DNA from: Glycera tridactyla
Taxonomy: Eukaryota
Length of the DNA stretch: 64,000 bases
Assembly: GCA_965644265.1 (NCBI GenBank)
Contig: OZ286465.1
Coordinates: 89,280,001-89,344,000, forward strand
Direction of reading: 5' to 3'
Below are positions 41,050 to 52,406 of this stretch, piece after piece. The position numbers and the translations under genes are program-made. Below the pieces are notes generated by a model. That model saw nothing but the letters and a program-made list of their open reading frames with translations, made no database searches and was not told the DNA's origin. Each line of letters opens with the position of its first letter. Position 1 is the first letter of the stretch.

Positions 41050-42453
41050 ATGGATCCTGACGTGGCTTGCAAAAGGTTGAATATTCCCCCTTATTATTGC
41101 ATGGTGATTGAAAGGTACCCTGTGCCTGTAGCTGCTGATCCAGATTGGAAAGCTGCTACCGCCAAGTTGGTAGGGACTATATTCGTAGATTTTGACCTTT
41201 TCCTTATCTATGACACTGTTGCTGAACCTTGCAATTGTTTGTTGATCCACTCGCGAGATCATGTAGCCTTCGATAAAAATTGTGACGTGTTAGATGATAA
41301 TGATTGTATCGTTCTAGGTAATGATGCGTATCATGTCTCTTTCGTCGAACAGCTTCGAAAGGATGCAATCATTTCAACTACCATTGTTCAGACACCGCCT
41401 GCACCCACTACACCACGATCACCCAAATCTGAAGTTACTGCTCATTATAGAGGTTTGAAGAAGTTCTCGGGTAGGGACAAACCTGGTTCTGGGGAATGTA
41501 CGGTGGAAGAATGGCTGTTGTTGGCCAATGAACATGTGATGAATGACTCTGATATATCCGAGAAGGAGAAACTGAAAACTTTGCGACTCAGTTTAACAGG
41601 GAAAGCTTTGAGAGCTGCTAGGGCAATAGAGACCAGTGCTGCTTTAGTAAATAAGATAGCGATCACTTATGGTGCTTCAGACAGTATTTCCCATCTAGTC
41701 GATAGGCTGATGGACTGTATTCAGGAAGTCACTGAATCTCCATCTGATTTCTTGTCTAGAATAGACGATGTTATCTCAGAAATGGTGAGGGTAGATCCCA
41801 AATATTTTGCTGATGTGAACCAGTCTCTAATCCATTATTTTCTTAGAGGTTTACAGTCTACTGATCACTTTATGATCACTTCTGAGTTCAAACTCAAAGA
41901 CCTTGACCAATATCCTGGGTACCAAGATTTTAGTACTCAGTTGCAAGCTTTTGAGCGAGAAAGTAAGGAGCGCAAGAGGAGGTGTATGAGAAATAAGAAG
42001 ACAGCTTCTGTTTCTTCAATTAACCTATCTTTTCTAGATTATGTTAGTTCAGTTGAAGAGGAAACTAGTTTAGCTGCTTTAGCCATTTCTAACCCTTCCA
42101 GCAAATCTACTCCTGTACATAGTGACATTTTGTATGACATAAGATCTGCTTCCAAGAAATTGTCCGGTCAGATAGACCAAGTAGTTCAGAACCCGAAGAG
42201 TTTACAACTATCTGGCAAAACTCCAGTCGTAGCTGCAGCTAGTGCTGCCACTGAGAAACCTCTGTTTCCACATGATGGTGTGAAACCCAAGTGGAAGCCT
42301 AAGTGGTTAGAGAAAGCTATTTGTTATAATTGTGGGGAGAAAGGCCATGTAGCTAAGACTTGTTCTATAGATTGGGATGAAAGCAAGATGCTTTCTCGCA
42401 TGCGTCTGCAACGAGCAGCTTATTTAGCCTCTCAGAATCAGCAGGGAAACTAA
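41050..42453 (+). CDS. gag: Gag, 467 aa: PNMA-like capsid plus CCHC zinc knuckle
   Basis: YRGLKKFSGRDKPGSGECTVEEWL...EKEKLKTLRLSLTGKAL resembles the PNMA/Ty3 capsid signature (LRVFSG...FEVWL...EKKRWLAESLRGPA). The knuckle CYNCGEKGHVAKTC (CX2CX4HX4C) lies at 42322-42363. Confidence 0.93.
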   Translation: MDPDVACKRLNIPPYYCMVIERYPVPVAADPDWKAATAKLVGTIFVDFDLFLIYDTVAEPCNCLLIHSRDHVAFDKNCDVLDDNDCIVLGNDAYHVSFVEQLRKDAIISTTIVQTPPAPTTPRSPKSEVTAHYRGLKKFSGRDKPGSGECTVEEWLLLANEHVMNDSDISEKEKLKTLRLSLTGKALRAARAIETSAALVNKIAITYGASDSISHLVDRLMDCIQEVTESPSDFLSRIDDVISEMVRVDPKYFADVNQSLIHYFLRGLQSTDHFMITSEFKLKDLDQYPGYQDFSTQLQAFERESKERKRRCMRNKKTASVSSINLSFLDYVSSVEEETSLAALAISNPSSKSTPVHSDILYDIRSASKKLSGQIDQVVQNPKSLQLSGKTPVVAAASAATEKPLFPHDGVKPKWKPKWLEKAICYNCGEKGHVAKTCSIDWDESKMLSRMRLQRAAYLASQNQQGN

Positions 42454-42503
42454 TCCCAGAGGAAGAACTGGACCATTCTTTCTCCGGAGATGATGCTGGT
42501 CCA
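42444..42503 (+). promoter_or_regulatory. -1 programmed ribosomal frameshift signal (G GGA AAC plus H-type pseudoknot)
   Basis: Heptamer at 42444-42450, directly before the gag stop. Stem 1 is GAGGAAGAA 42459-67 / TTCTTTCTC 42476-84; stem 2 is TGGACCA 42469-75 / TGGTCCA 42497-503. The -1 frame is open into pol. Confidence 0.85.
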
Positions 42504-45500
42504 CCCATTGATGTACATGTTTCTAGTTTGTTTACTCTACCACCGTTTTTAGTTGGCAAGCAAAACATTCATAATATTTTATTGAATGGAGCTGTTATTT
42601 CTTCATTAATTGACACTGGCAGTCAAGTATCCCTCATAAATGAAGGACTGTATCGGAAATATTTTTCTTATGTTCCGTTACAACCTGTGTCTTCATTGTT
42701 GAGAGTGAATCAAGTTAATGGGGAAGCCCTACAATATGTTGGAGCTGTGGAACTTTTTGTGACAATGGGCAAGAGATTGTCCGGAACTAATGAAGGCACA
42801 CATGTATTATTTTTAGTGCTGAAAGACAATTGTGGTTTTGATTTCACTTTTCAGAACCATATGTGTCTTGTGGGCATGAATGCCATTGAGAAATTCTGGT
42901 ATTTAAATAACTGCCAACATCCGTCACATAGTTCTATTTTAGATGTTGTATATAATTCTTTCATCAAGGTTCAACAAGCTGAAAGCATTTCAAATGGATT
43001 ATTGGGTAGTGCCAAAGTGGCACAAGAGATATCCATTCTTCCAGGTCAAACATCAATTGTTAAATTAAAATTTCGATCAAAATTAGTAGGCATAAATGCA
43101 GCAATTTTGATTGAACCAAACAATGACTTTTTGATGAAGACTCCAGTTGTGCTTGATGCTAATTTAGCTTCCTTGTCAACAGTTCATGTGCCTGTACATA
43201 ATACTTCTTCTACTGTTTATACTATCTGTAAAGGAAATGATTTTGGTGTAGTATCACTTTCAACTATACCTTTTGAATTAGCCTCGGATGATGTCAGAGT
43301 GCATGCTACTCAACTAAACCTTTCTGAGTTTGAGGGGGTTGATGATGTCGACCAGTTTAAAACTACTTTAGGAGAGGATGAGGAAGAAGAAATATCATCT
43401 GATATTAAACTTCTGTGGGACCATGTAGATAGTTTATCCCATTTGTCTGATCTAGAGAAGGAAAGTCTTGAAGCTTGTCTTCAAGATAATCTAGCTACTT
43501 TCTCTAAGTCAGACTATGATATTGGAAAAGTAGAAGGTGTGAAACATGGGTACAATTTGTCGGACGATATTCTGTTTAAGGTCAGACACAGAAATCTACC
43601 TCCAAAGATGTATGCTGCCGCTAAAGATCATTTAAATCAGTTACTGGAGAAAGGTATCATACGACCTTCAGTGTCTCCTTATTCTAGTGCTCCTATGTTT
43701 TTGCAAAAACCAGATGGGAGAGTTAGAATGGTAACTGATTTGAGACATCTCAATGATAAAACAGTGAGAGACTGTTATGCTCTCCCTCGTTTTGACGATA
43801 TTTTACCCTACCTAGCTGGTAATACTTTTTTTACCAAAATGGATATAAGATCCGGGTACTATAATATCGAAATCGAGGAGAGGGACAAAGAGAAGACTGC
43901 TCTCTCTACACCTTTTGGATTGTATGAATACAATCGCATGGTTCAGGGTGCTAAGACTTCTGCTGCAACTTTTCAACGTTGCATGGAGAACATCCTCAGA
44001 CCAATGCTTTATGAGGGATGTATTTGTTTTCTTGATGATGTCATTATTTTTAGCCGCACTATGGAGGAACATCTGGAACTTTTGTCCAGAGCTCTCACTC
44101 TTATGCGTGAAGCTGGTCTCAAGATACACCCTGGCAAGTGTACCTTGGCGTCCAAGGAGATAGTTTATCTTGGCTATATCATCTCTGATAAAGGTGTGAT
44201 GTGCAATCCTGAAAAAACTAAAGTTTTACAGGATTGGCCTGTTATCAGAACTGTAAAAGATGTCATGAGTTTCTCAGGTTTTGCTGGATTTTTTAGGAGG
44301 CATATCCCTCACTATAGCAGCATAGCTCAACCTTTGTTACGTCTTTTAAAAGGGGTCAAGTATAAACCCAAAAGTAAGTTTGGACCTCCTGTGAAACAGC
44401 CTGCTTTACAGCGCTCTGTGATAGAAGACTGGGACGAGGAATGTCAAGAAGCTCGTGAGAAGCTGATTGAATTACTCACCCATCCCCCTGTGTTAGCATT
44501 CCCAGATTTGGACAAACCTTTTATTTTGCATGTAGATGCTTGTACCACAGGACTGGGGGCTGTTTTGTTGCAATTTGGTGACAAGAATCTGTTGCATCCG
44601 GTGTGTTATGCTTCTAGATCTCTTAAAGATACTGAGAAAAATTATCCTGTGTACAAGTTAGAGTTCTTAGGACTCAAGTGGGCTGTAGTCGATAAATTTA
44701 ACTTTTATTTATATGGCCATCCATTTAAGGTATACACTGATAATAATCCTCTCACGTACATACATAGATCTCTCAAGGTTGATGCTACATCTCAGAGATG
44801 GCTTGCTGCCCTTGGAGACTATGATTTCACCATACATTACAAGCCTGGACCAGTCAATGTCGACGCTGATGTATTGTCTAGACTACATGAGACACCAGAT
44901 CAAGTGGTTGAGCACTCTTCGGAGCTGTCTTCAGAAACCACTCCATTGATTGAAAATGTAAATGTAGGTAATTTAGACGCGTCAATTTTTGGTGTCTCAA
45001 GTGACTCCCAGTCTTTTGACTGGAGAAATGAACAACTCAAGGACTCTGATTTGAATCTAGTGATTCAATACATGTGTAAACGGCGACCTTGTAAACCCAA
45101 AGACTTTCCAAAGAAATATAGGAAGCTTTTCTACTTCCGAGATAGGTTAGTTTTTAATTCAGAAGGGGTATTGTGCAAAAGAACTGAAATCGAAGGATTT
45201 GAATATCTTTTGATTATTTTGCTCCACAAGTGCTTGCCCCAAGTTTTACATGCTCTGCATGATGAGTCAGGCCATTTTGGAGTTGAGAGGGTAGTCAAAT
45301 TCTTCCAGAGAAGATTTTATCTTTCTGGACATGTTAAAGCTATCACAGAATATATCTCTGCTTGCAAAGAGTGTCTATTGAAAAAGACTTCTCCCTCTAA
45401 ACAAGGCATGTTAGGTGAAGTTGCAGCTCAACGACCTTTCCAGGTCCTATCCATGGATTATCTATCCTTGGATATGGATAAACATGGATTTGGCCATGTG

Positions 45501-46970
45501 TTGATTGTAACTGATGTGTTTAGCAAATATGCTTTTGCTATACCCACCAAGAATGAGACCGCCACCACGGTCGCTAAGGCTCTAGTTGAGAAGGTTTTTG
45601 ACATCTTTGGCTTGCCTGAAAAGCTCTTATCTGACAGAGGCAGAAATTTTGAATCGCAAGTGATTGACCAACTTTGTCAGTTACTTGGTATCAAAAAGGT
45701 GTTTACATGCCCTTATTCACCTAGGAGTGATGCCATTTGTGAAAGATTCAATCGTACCTTGATTGACATGATTGGCACAATGTCCACACAGAAAATTTGC
45801 TCTTGGAGTAAATATTTAGGGCATTTGACCAACATATATAATAGCTCAATCCACTCCTCCACCAAGTTCTCACCTTTCGAACTTATATTCGGAAGGAAGA
45901 GTCGTCTACCAGTAGATGTCATGTTAGGAACTTATCCTGAGGATAGGAAGTATGACAATCTCAAACAATACGTAGAAGCTTTGAAGTCTAGGTTGGAATT
46001 TGTTCAAACCATAGCTAGCCAGAGTCAGGACTTTTCTCACATGTCTAACAAGTATAGGTATGATGAGAAAGTTAAGTCGTGTATACTCAAAGTTGGTGAC
46101 AAAGTTCTTGTTAAGAACGTTGGTATCAAAGGGATGCATAAGCTAGCCCCAACCTGGTTGCCCGAAGTTTATGAAATCGTAAGATTGGTAGATAACGAGA
46201 ACAGAGTATACGAGCTAAAGAATTTGTCTAGACCAAGAAAACCTCACAGAGTTTTACATATTGATATGTTAAAATCTATTGAAGATTTTGATAGAAAATA
46301 TTTGAAAACTCATGTGGTTCTAGATGAAAAGGGTATAAGTGAGGATATAGTTCAGCTCTTTGCTGAAGACACGGTGAGTAAAGATGCTGGTACAGTTATA
46401 CAACCTGGCCAGAAATCTCGATACCGAACCCGTGCTTCAGAACAAAAGGGTCAATTGGAAGATAGCTCTGAAAGCTGTGATTCTGATTCATTTGAGGATG
46501 AAGAATATGTAGTGGTAACAACCCCATCTGCTAATAATTTGTCTCCAACAGCTCAAATTGAATCCGATCATCCTGAACATGCTGAACAAGGACAAATTCA
46601 GCCAAATGTAGACCAACATTTAGGTGAGGATTTAGAGTCCACCCCAGCTAGATCTCAGTCAGAAGCCAGTGTTGTGGAAGCTGGATTTGAAATAGAAGAG
46701 GCCCAAAATCCTCTTCTTGAGAATTCTGATGAGATTGACGCTCATGACGAAGATACTAAGTCTGATCTGAATCCTGACACAGAATATCATTCTGCGTCAG
46801 ATTCACCATTGTCTGAAGAGACTGAAGTAGTGAATGCTTCACCACCTGGAATTGCCCGTAGAAAACCGGAAAGGGTGAGAAAACCTCCAGATAGATACGG
46901 TGGATATATCTCCTGGCTGTTGAAAGGAGACAGACAAACTAGATCAGCGGGACCTATTCTGGAGGTATAG
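42444..46970 (+). CDS. pol: Pol polyprotein (aspartic protease, RT, RNase H, integrase), most likely expressed as a Gag-Pol frameshift fusion; the ORF track starts it at TTG 42528
   Basis: PR LIDTGS (D at 42612); RT SPYSSAPMFLQKPDG and FLDD (44028-44039); RNase H LHVDAC (D at 44535); IN HHCC (45258, 45273, 45363, 45372) and D-D(35)-E (45456, 45633, 45741). Confidence 0.97.
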   Translation, partial: GKLIPEEELDHSFSGDDAGPPIDVHVSSLFTLPPFLVGKQNIHNILLNGAVISSLIDTGSQVSLINEGLYRKYFSYVPLQPVSSLLRVNQVNGEALQYVGAVELFVTMGKRLSGTNEGTHVLFLVLKDNCGFDFTFQNHMCLVGMNAIEKFWYLNNCQHPSHSSILDVVYNSFIKVQQAESISNGLLGSAKVAQEISILPGQTSIVKLKFRSKLVGINAAILIEPNNDFLMKTPVVLDANLASLSTVHVPVHNTSSTVYTICKGNDFGVVSLSTIPFELASDDVRVHATQLNLSEFEGVDDVDQFKTTLGEDEEEEISSDIKLLWDHVDSLSHLSDLEKESLEACLQDNLATFSKSDYDIGKVEGVKHGYNLSDDILFKVRHRNLPPKMYAAAKDHLNQLLEKGIIRPSVSPYSSAPMFLQKPDGRVRMVTDLRHLNDKTVRDCYALPRFDDILPYLAGNTFFTKMDIRSGYYNIEIEERDKEKTALSTPFGLYEYNRMVQGAKTSAATFQRCMENILRPMLYEGCICFLDDVIIFSRTMEEHLELLSRALTLMREAGLKIHPGKCTLASKEIVYLGYIISDKGVMCNPEKTKVLQDWPVIRTVKDVMSFSGFAGFFRRHIPHYSSIAQPLLRLLKGVKYKPKSKFGPPVKQPALQRSVIEDWDEECQEAREKLIELLTHPPVLAFPDLDKPFILHVDACTTGLGAVLLQFGDKNLLHPVCYASRSLKDTEKNYPVYKLEFLGLKWAVVDKFNFYLYGHPFKVYTDNNPLTYIHRSLKVDATSQRWLAALGDYDFTIHYKPGPVNVDADVLSRLHETPDQVVEHSSELSSETTPLIENVNVGNLDASIFGVSSDSQSFDWRNEQLKDSDLNLVIQYMCKRRPCKPKDFPKKYRKLFYFRDRLVFNSEGVLCKRTEIEGFEYLLIILLHKCLPQVLHALHDESGHFGVERVVKFFQRRFYLSGHVKAITEYISACKECLLKKTSPSKQGMLGEVAAQRPFQVLSMDYLSLDMDKHGFGHVLIVTDVFSKYAFAIPTKNETATTVAKALVEKVFDIFGLPEKLLSDRGRNFESQVIDQLCQLLGIKKVFTCPYSPRSDAICERFNRTLIDMIGTMSTQKICSWSKYLGHLTNIYNSSIHSSTKFSPFELIFGRKSRLPVDVMLGTYPEDRKYDNLKQYVEALKSRLEFVQTIASQSQDFSHMSNKYRYDEKVKSCILKVGDKVLVKNVGIKGMHKLAPTWLPEVYEIVRLVDNENRVYELKNLSRPRKPHRVLHIDMLKSIEDFDRKYLKTHVVLDEKGISEDIVQLFAEDTVSKDAGTVIQPGQKSRYRTRASEQKGQLEDSSESCDSDSFEDEEYVVVTTPSANNLSPTAQIESDHPEHAEQGQIQPNVDQHLGEDLESTPARSQSEASVVEAGFEIEEAQNPLLENSDEIDAHDEDTKSDLNPDTEYHSASDSPLSEETEVVNASPPGIARRKPERVRKPPDRYGGYISWLLKGDRQTRSAGPILEV

Positions 46971-47233
46971 GATCTTTTGCTTCTCATGAAATTGTAGATA
47001 AGATTTCCACCTTGGTCTCCAGTAGATCTAAAACTCTGCTTGGGAAAAGACCTTGAATTAGTTATATTATTATTTTTGAAGGTAAATTTTTAGATGGTAA
47101 GATTTATTTTTGAGAATAGGGTTGTGTTCCATATATTGTTCTTGTTATAGTTATAGGCAATAAGTGTGGGACACATATTTTTGTCTTGTTTTGTTTCGCA
47201 ATGTTTGGTTGCAGCACAAACATTTATACCCCC

Positions 47234-47238
47234 GGGAG
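47234..47238 (+). promoter_or_regulatory. Expected polypurine-tract position, very short and atypical (GGGAG, then CA, then the LTR)
   Basis: The sequence before the 3' LTR is TTTATACCCCCGGGAGCA|TGTAA. Confidence 0.35.
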
Positions 47239-47240
47239 CA

Positions 47241-50200
47241 TGTAACGCCACGTTTTTGAACATGTGACGTTTGTTAGAATAACATGAACAATATAGGGAT
47301 TTCTGGTAGCGGAATTCGCGGAATTCCTCTTTTGAGGCCCGCGGCACTATTTTTACGCTACTAGATTGATAATTATTCCTTCCTACTCCAGAAGCATGAG
47401 ATAGTTTCACTTCTATTAGTTGAAAAACAGTAGCAATCCTGTTAGTTTTCTAATATTAGTTGTTTCGCCTATCTGGTTGTTGGTGTGGCAACTAGAGTTC
47501 GAGTTACACGCAGTGGACTCGCCGTTCGCGGCGGGTGCCCAGCTTGCAGTGTTTCTAGGGTGAAACAGTAAAAATGCGATATCTCCATGAATAATGGACG
47601 TAGGAAGACCATATTTTTACACGATACGTATCTGTATTAGGGCTATAGATATCCCGAAGATGGGAACTGTATCTTTTGAGGCAAAATTGTTAGTCCGTGG
47701 GATAGGCCGTTTATCGGACGTTTTTTTGCCAATAGCGTTGATCACATAGCATAGTGAACGACTCCCTGAGCAGGAGGAGCTCGGAGTCGCGCAGGAGGAA
47801 AGTGATCTGCAATGTACATGTAATGTACATGTTTTCTCAGAAAATCTTCTGTAATCGATCTAGAAAAGTCTCGAGCGAATACTTTCGAGGTAGCTGACTT
47901 GGGGAGCTTGACATCGCTTCTCCCGCTCTTTTTTCCCGCTCTTTGCTGGCTCTTCAGGACGGATACATAAAAGTATTCCAGACAGGAGTTCTGGCACTTG
48001 GAAATTCTGTCCTGAAGAGTACGCACCGGAGCTGAGGGAGTCGGGAGCAGAAAACATCTTGCTTCTCCAGGATCGCTGCCTTGGAATAGAAACAATGGAC
48101 TCCCGTACACCGACCTGAGCTCTACTACATCCAGTAAGTGTTCATGAGATTTAGAACTGTTTTAGGATCCTTTTAGGAGGCTTTATTAGGAGTCATTTTC
48201 CCTATTTGCCCAAATGGCCATTTTTAGTATCATGCCATTTCATGTCATCGGATCTTCCGTGTTTTGTATTGAATGTACCGTCTTTCGAGCATACGTGGTC
48301 AAAATCTAGAATTTGCATGTTTTGGATGTTTTTGGATCAATTTGGATGATAGGATTTTGTTCCATAAATGCCGTCCTGATCCAAAACGACTAGCTGATAA
48401 TTCTCGCGGAAATTGGTAGTTCTATATGTTTCTGTTAATTCCCTGTGCTGTTCCGGTGAATTTGGAACAAGTGGAACTGCGTGGAACTATGCCGTGTTCC
48501 TCCAGCATTGTTCCCGGTGCAGTACGCCTGTATGGGTGGAACAGGGCTATGCAGGAATTTGTAATATAGTATTTAACGCTTGGACTCACTGAATCCTCCG
48601 GGTGAGAGAAGCTGTGTGTATGAACTGCTAACACGTCTCAATATAGCTCCTACCGATCAGATTCTGATCATTTGTGTAATATATCGGATTTCTGTGTGAA
48701 TTAGATGATTGAATCATTCAAAATTCAATTATATTCACGGGATTTCCCTATAGGAATAAAATTGTGAAAGGAATATTTCGGTAAGATCATTTTCAGTTGA
48801 AATATCAGCAGAGACGACTGTGTCTTTTCTCTCTGAATCTGTGTGTTTTTAGACCCGGCTACTCTACCAGTCCATGTGGGCTGAGTTGAAATGAACATGC
48901 CTATCTCGGTATGACAATGGCAGCTCGCTGTCATGTGTACTAACCAGGTCACCGCTGAGGTGAACTCTGCTGCTGGTTTCGTAAATAGCACACACAGCTG
49001 ATCTGTTTTTCTTTAGCTTCCCTGATCATATGAATAGAGATCCAGTCAATCTTTTCTTTTCCGAGTGAAATTCTTTATTGAAAAACGTATTTTCATTGAA
49101 ACGGCTTGTTTTGAGAAGGTAATATTCTAACGTCGTTCATATGGTGTGAAAATCTGAAATTCTTTGACGGTTAACCGATCGATTAATCGATTAATCGACC
49201 GATCAAATATGCTTCAATTTCAGTATTCTGAATTTATTTCGGCTTGCAAAAAGCTTGTTTATAAACGATCAAGTGCTAGTTTGATGGTATTTCAATTTCC
49301 ATGACCACAACTGTCGTATTTGTCAATTGAAGATCCGGTGAAATGTTTTTGGTGCTCGTACTGGTAATAGACACGAAGGGGAGACGACAAACCGAGGCTT
49401 ATTTTGTTTACACGTAGCGCCTGCTTGTGATTCATGTGCTCGGCTTGAATTTAGACTTTTTCGGAGAAGGTCCACTCTGATAAGCTTGATTTCTGTCCTA
49501 AGCGCCGTATATCCTAAGCACGGACCCGTCCTAAGCTTGCTTAGTCTTGTGTGATGTCCCTGAGTCCCGTGACCTACTTTTTTGAGGAAACCTCCGTATT
49601 GAGACCAACCTGTCACATGTGACCACTTTGAGATTTTTGGTCTATATGATCTGCGACATCACGTTGGACTGTATTTTCGAAGGAAAATTCTTTTGAATTG
49701 ATTTTAGACCTTCAAACGGCTATATTTGTAATTGTTTAGCTCTCGTAATGAATAAGCTGCAATGCGCTGTCATTTGAGCTCCGAGATACTTTCTGAGCGT
49801 TCTGGAATGAACAGCTGTTTCTGACTGAGCGGTCAGATGTAAACAATCCGCCATTTTGGATTTCCATCCGCCACATGTATGAGCCTCACTTTGAGCCTCC
49901 GATTCACTTTACACTTTTCAACAAGTTTGAAACTTTTTCACTTTTGGATAAAAGCTTTTAGATGCTTTAGAATTGATCGGAATTGTTTCTCGTTATGTGC
50001 GGATTGCTTTTGTAGAACTTCAGTGTGCTGGCTTTAGCGCTATTTGTGATTTGACAGCGCGGACTTAGCGCGTTGACTGAAACTCAGCACGGTGCTTACT
50101 GGACTTACTCATGGTCTTACCTAGTAAGCACATTTGTGTTTGAGGTTGGTGACATATGGGACTGCATGTAAATGCATTTCGCTCTTATATTTCTAGAATT

Positions 50201-52406
50201 ATTTGACTAATTTCGACTTTAGACATTACCGAATGGCTTGAAATGAGTTGAAATTGGGATTTGGTGAATTTTAGAATTCGAACTTAGCACGGACTTGGTA
50301 GATCGGAACTTAGACCCCGCTGCTGTTGCAGCTGTGACTTAGTGCGTTCCGGTCTATGTTAGGTAGGTCATACTCACAGTGTAAGGGAGGGGGAACTTGG
50401 GTTGATTTCAGATCTTGCCTCTTGCTTCGGTGAGTGGTAACTTTATCTGATACTGTCTACAAAGACCACCTGTTCTGAATAGATTAATTTCTCTATCTTG
50501 GATTCTTAACTTAGAATTTATTCAAATTTTTGAATTTGATTTGATGAGGACTTAACTATTTTTGATTTTGAAAAGCGTGCTTGCTCTTTTCATGCAGACA
50601 GTTGGACTTCAACTTTTTCGCTGTATTGCTGCTGCATCATGATCCCAGCTGACTGAGAGAGGACTTGGTGTGTCCACCTTTCTAGTTCATTTCCCGTGAA
50701 CTTAGCTCTCTCTGATACAGCTGATGATTTTTTAATGCCTTGTTCATTGATTGATTAACTTAGTTGGCTCAGTGCCTGCTCCGTTGATAATGGCTTAAGT
50801 GCATTGAGATTTCTTTTCAACGGTGATACTTGCTGATTGTCTTTTGACAATCTCTTCAACTGAATGTTGAAATATTTCTAGTAACTCGATCAATGGTAAC
50901 TTGTAAGTTAAATTCTTATGCTATTTAGTTAGTGGGGAATAGAGTGGGATCCTGCCTTCCCACTATAATAGATCTGGCAACTGCAAGTAACTAAGTGCAC
51001 GCAACAAACATAAATAAAACTTAGAGTTGTTTAAAGATACTTTTTGAATTAAAACTTTTCTTTATGATACTTGGACAAGTTGGTAGGAGACTTTTTTTTA
51101 TCTTCTTGCAGCGACCAACGCGTCTGAGATGTCGTAAATTGAAGAGGTGCGTACTCTTCAGGCCACTCCATTCCCATGTCGCCTCCCGGGCTTATGGGAT
51201 ACTACTAATATAGGCGGATATGCCTAGCCATCGTCTACGTGATCTTTAGTGTGTTAAACGCACTATACACATGTGAGATGTGTAGGACATAATCTCTTCA
51301 TACGGTGAGATGCTGTTAGCTATCTTTACGAGATAAGCTACTTCACTCGAGAGGAATGGTGTCTCCTCTCTACTTCTACTTCCATCTACGCTACGCGTTC
51401 TAGTATCAGCTACCATCAGTCTCTAGCTGATATGGATATATAACCAAGGTTCGTCATCACATGTGCAACTAGGTGGCCACCACTATATTAACTTTTAAAG
51501 TCGATCTTTCATCGTGGGTCTTTAACCCAAACTTTTAAAGTCATATATCTAAAGTGCACTAACTATCTAGACACAGTGTCTTTGACTTTGTTTATATTTC
51601 TAGCTAGCTACAGTGGCCACTTCTCAAGCGCCCAAGTCAACGATGGAACAAGAAAGAAGATAGTACTATAGTAAGGTTTGAGCTCAAACTTGTGACTATT
51701 TGAGTGTGTACTTGTATTACTCATTGAGATACCTCACTTTGTCATGTAGCCATGAATATCTTGTGTACGTGTATGTCGTGAGTTGAATAATTCTGATATA
51801 TCACTGGTATTTATGTAACACGAGTTCATCCATACTTGTCATATATGTATATGATTCAGATCTGAATATTTGAAATGAATTTATTTATTGCATCATGAGT
51901 ATAACTGACTTTTTGTCTAATTGATACTGTGATAATCTATATTGCTTCATTCTATTTATGATCCATCATTTACAACCTACTATGTGAACTATATACAAAT
52001 TAAAATATGTATCTACAACTCTATTTATGTGTCATCTTATACTTTTGAACCAACAATTGAGTTCCCTGTGTGATGGATGAGATGTCTTTATAGATTTATG
52101 GTTTCATTAGAGCTTGGCAAACAATGGGATTCAACATGTAATACTGATCGCGCTTATAACATCTTTTAGTACAACGTATATATTTTTGTGAACATCGATC
52201 CACAGGAGCAATGCCATTTATTTTGACATTGGGATAAATGGGGTAAAAGCCCGGTTAACCTATACATTGCTTCCTGCTGTTCTTGATAATGGGGATTTAA
52301 TCAGATATAAACTTCTTGCCAAGGTTGCATCTTAAGGAAGAGGAGGGAATACTCCTACAAGCCTGTCGGATGACTGGTTTAATTCCATTGTCATATTGGA
52401 AGGATT

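Noticed and set aside
41017-46987. Short antisense and alternative-frame ORFs overlapping gag and pol
   Set aside because: Expected shadow ORFs of long coding regions
46971-47240. Possible env or ORF3 between pol and the 3' LTR
   Set aside because: Only 270 bp, with no suitable ORF
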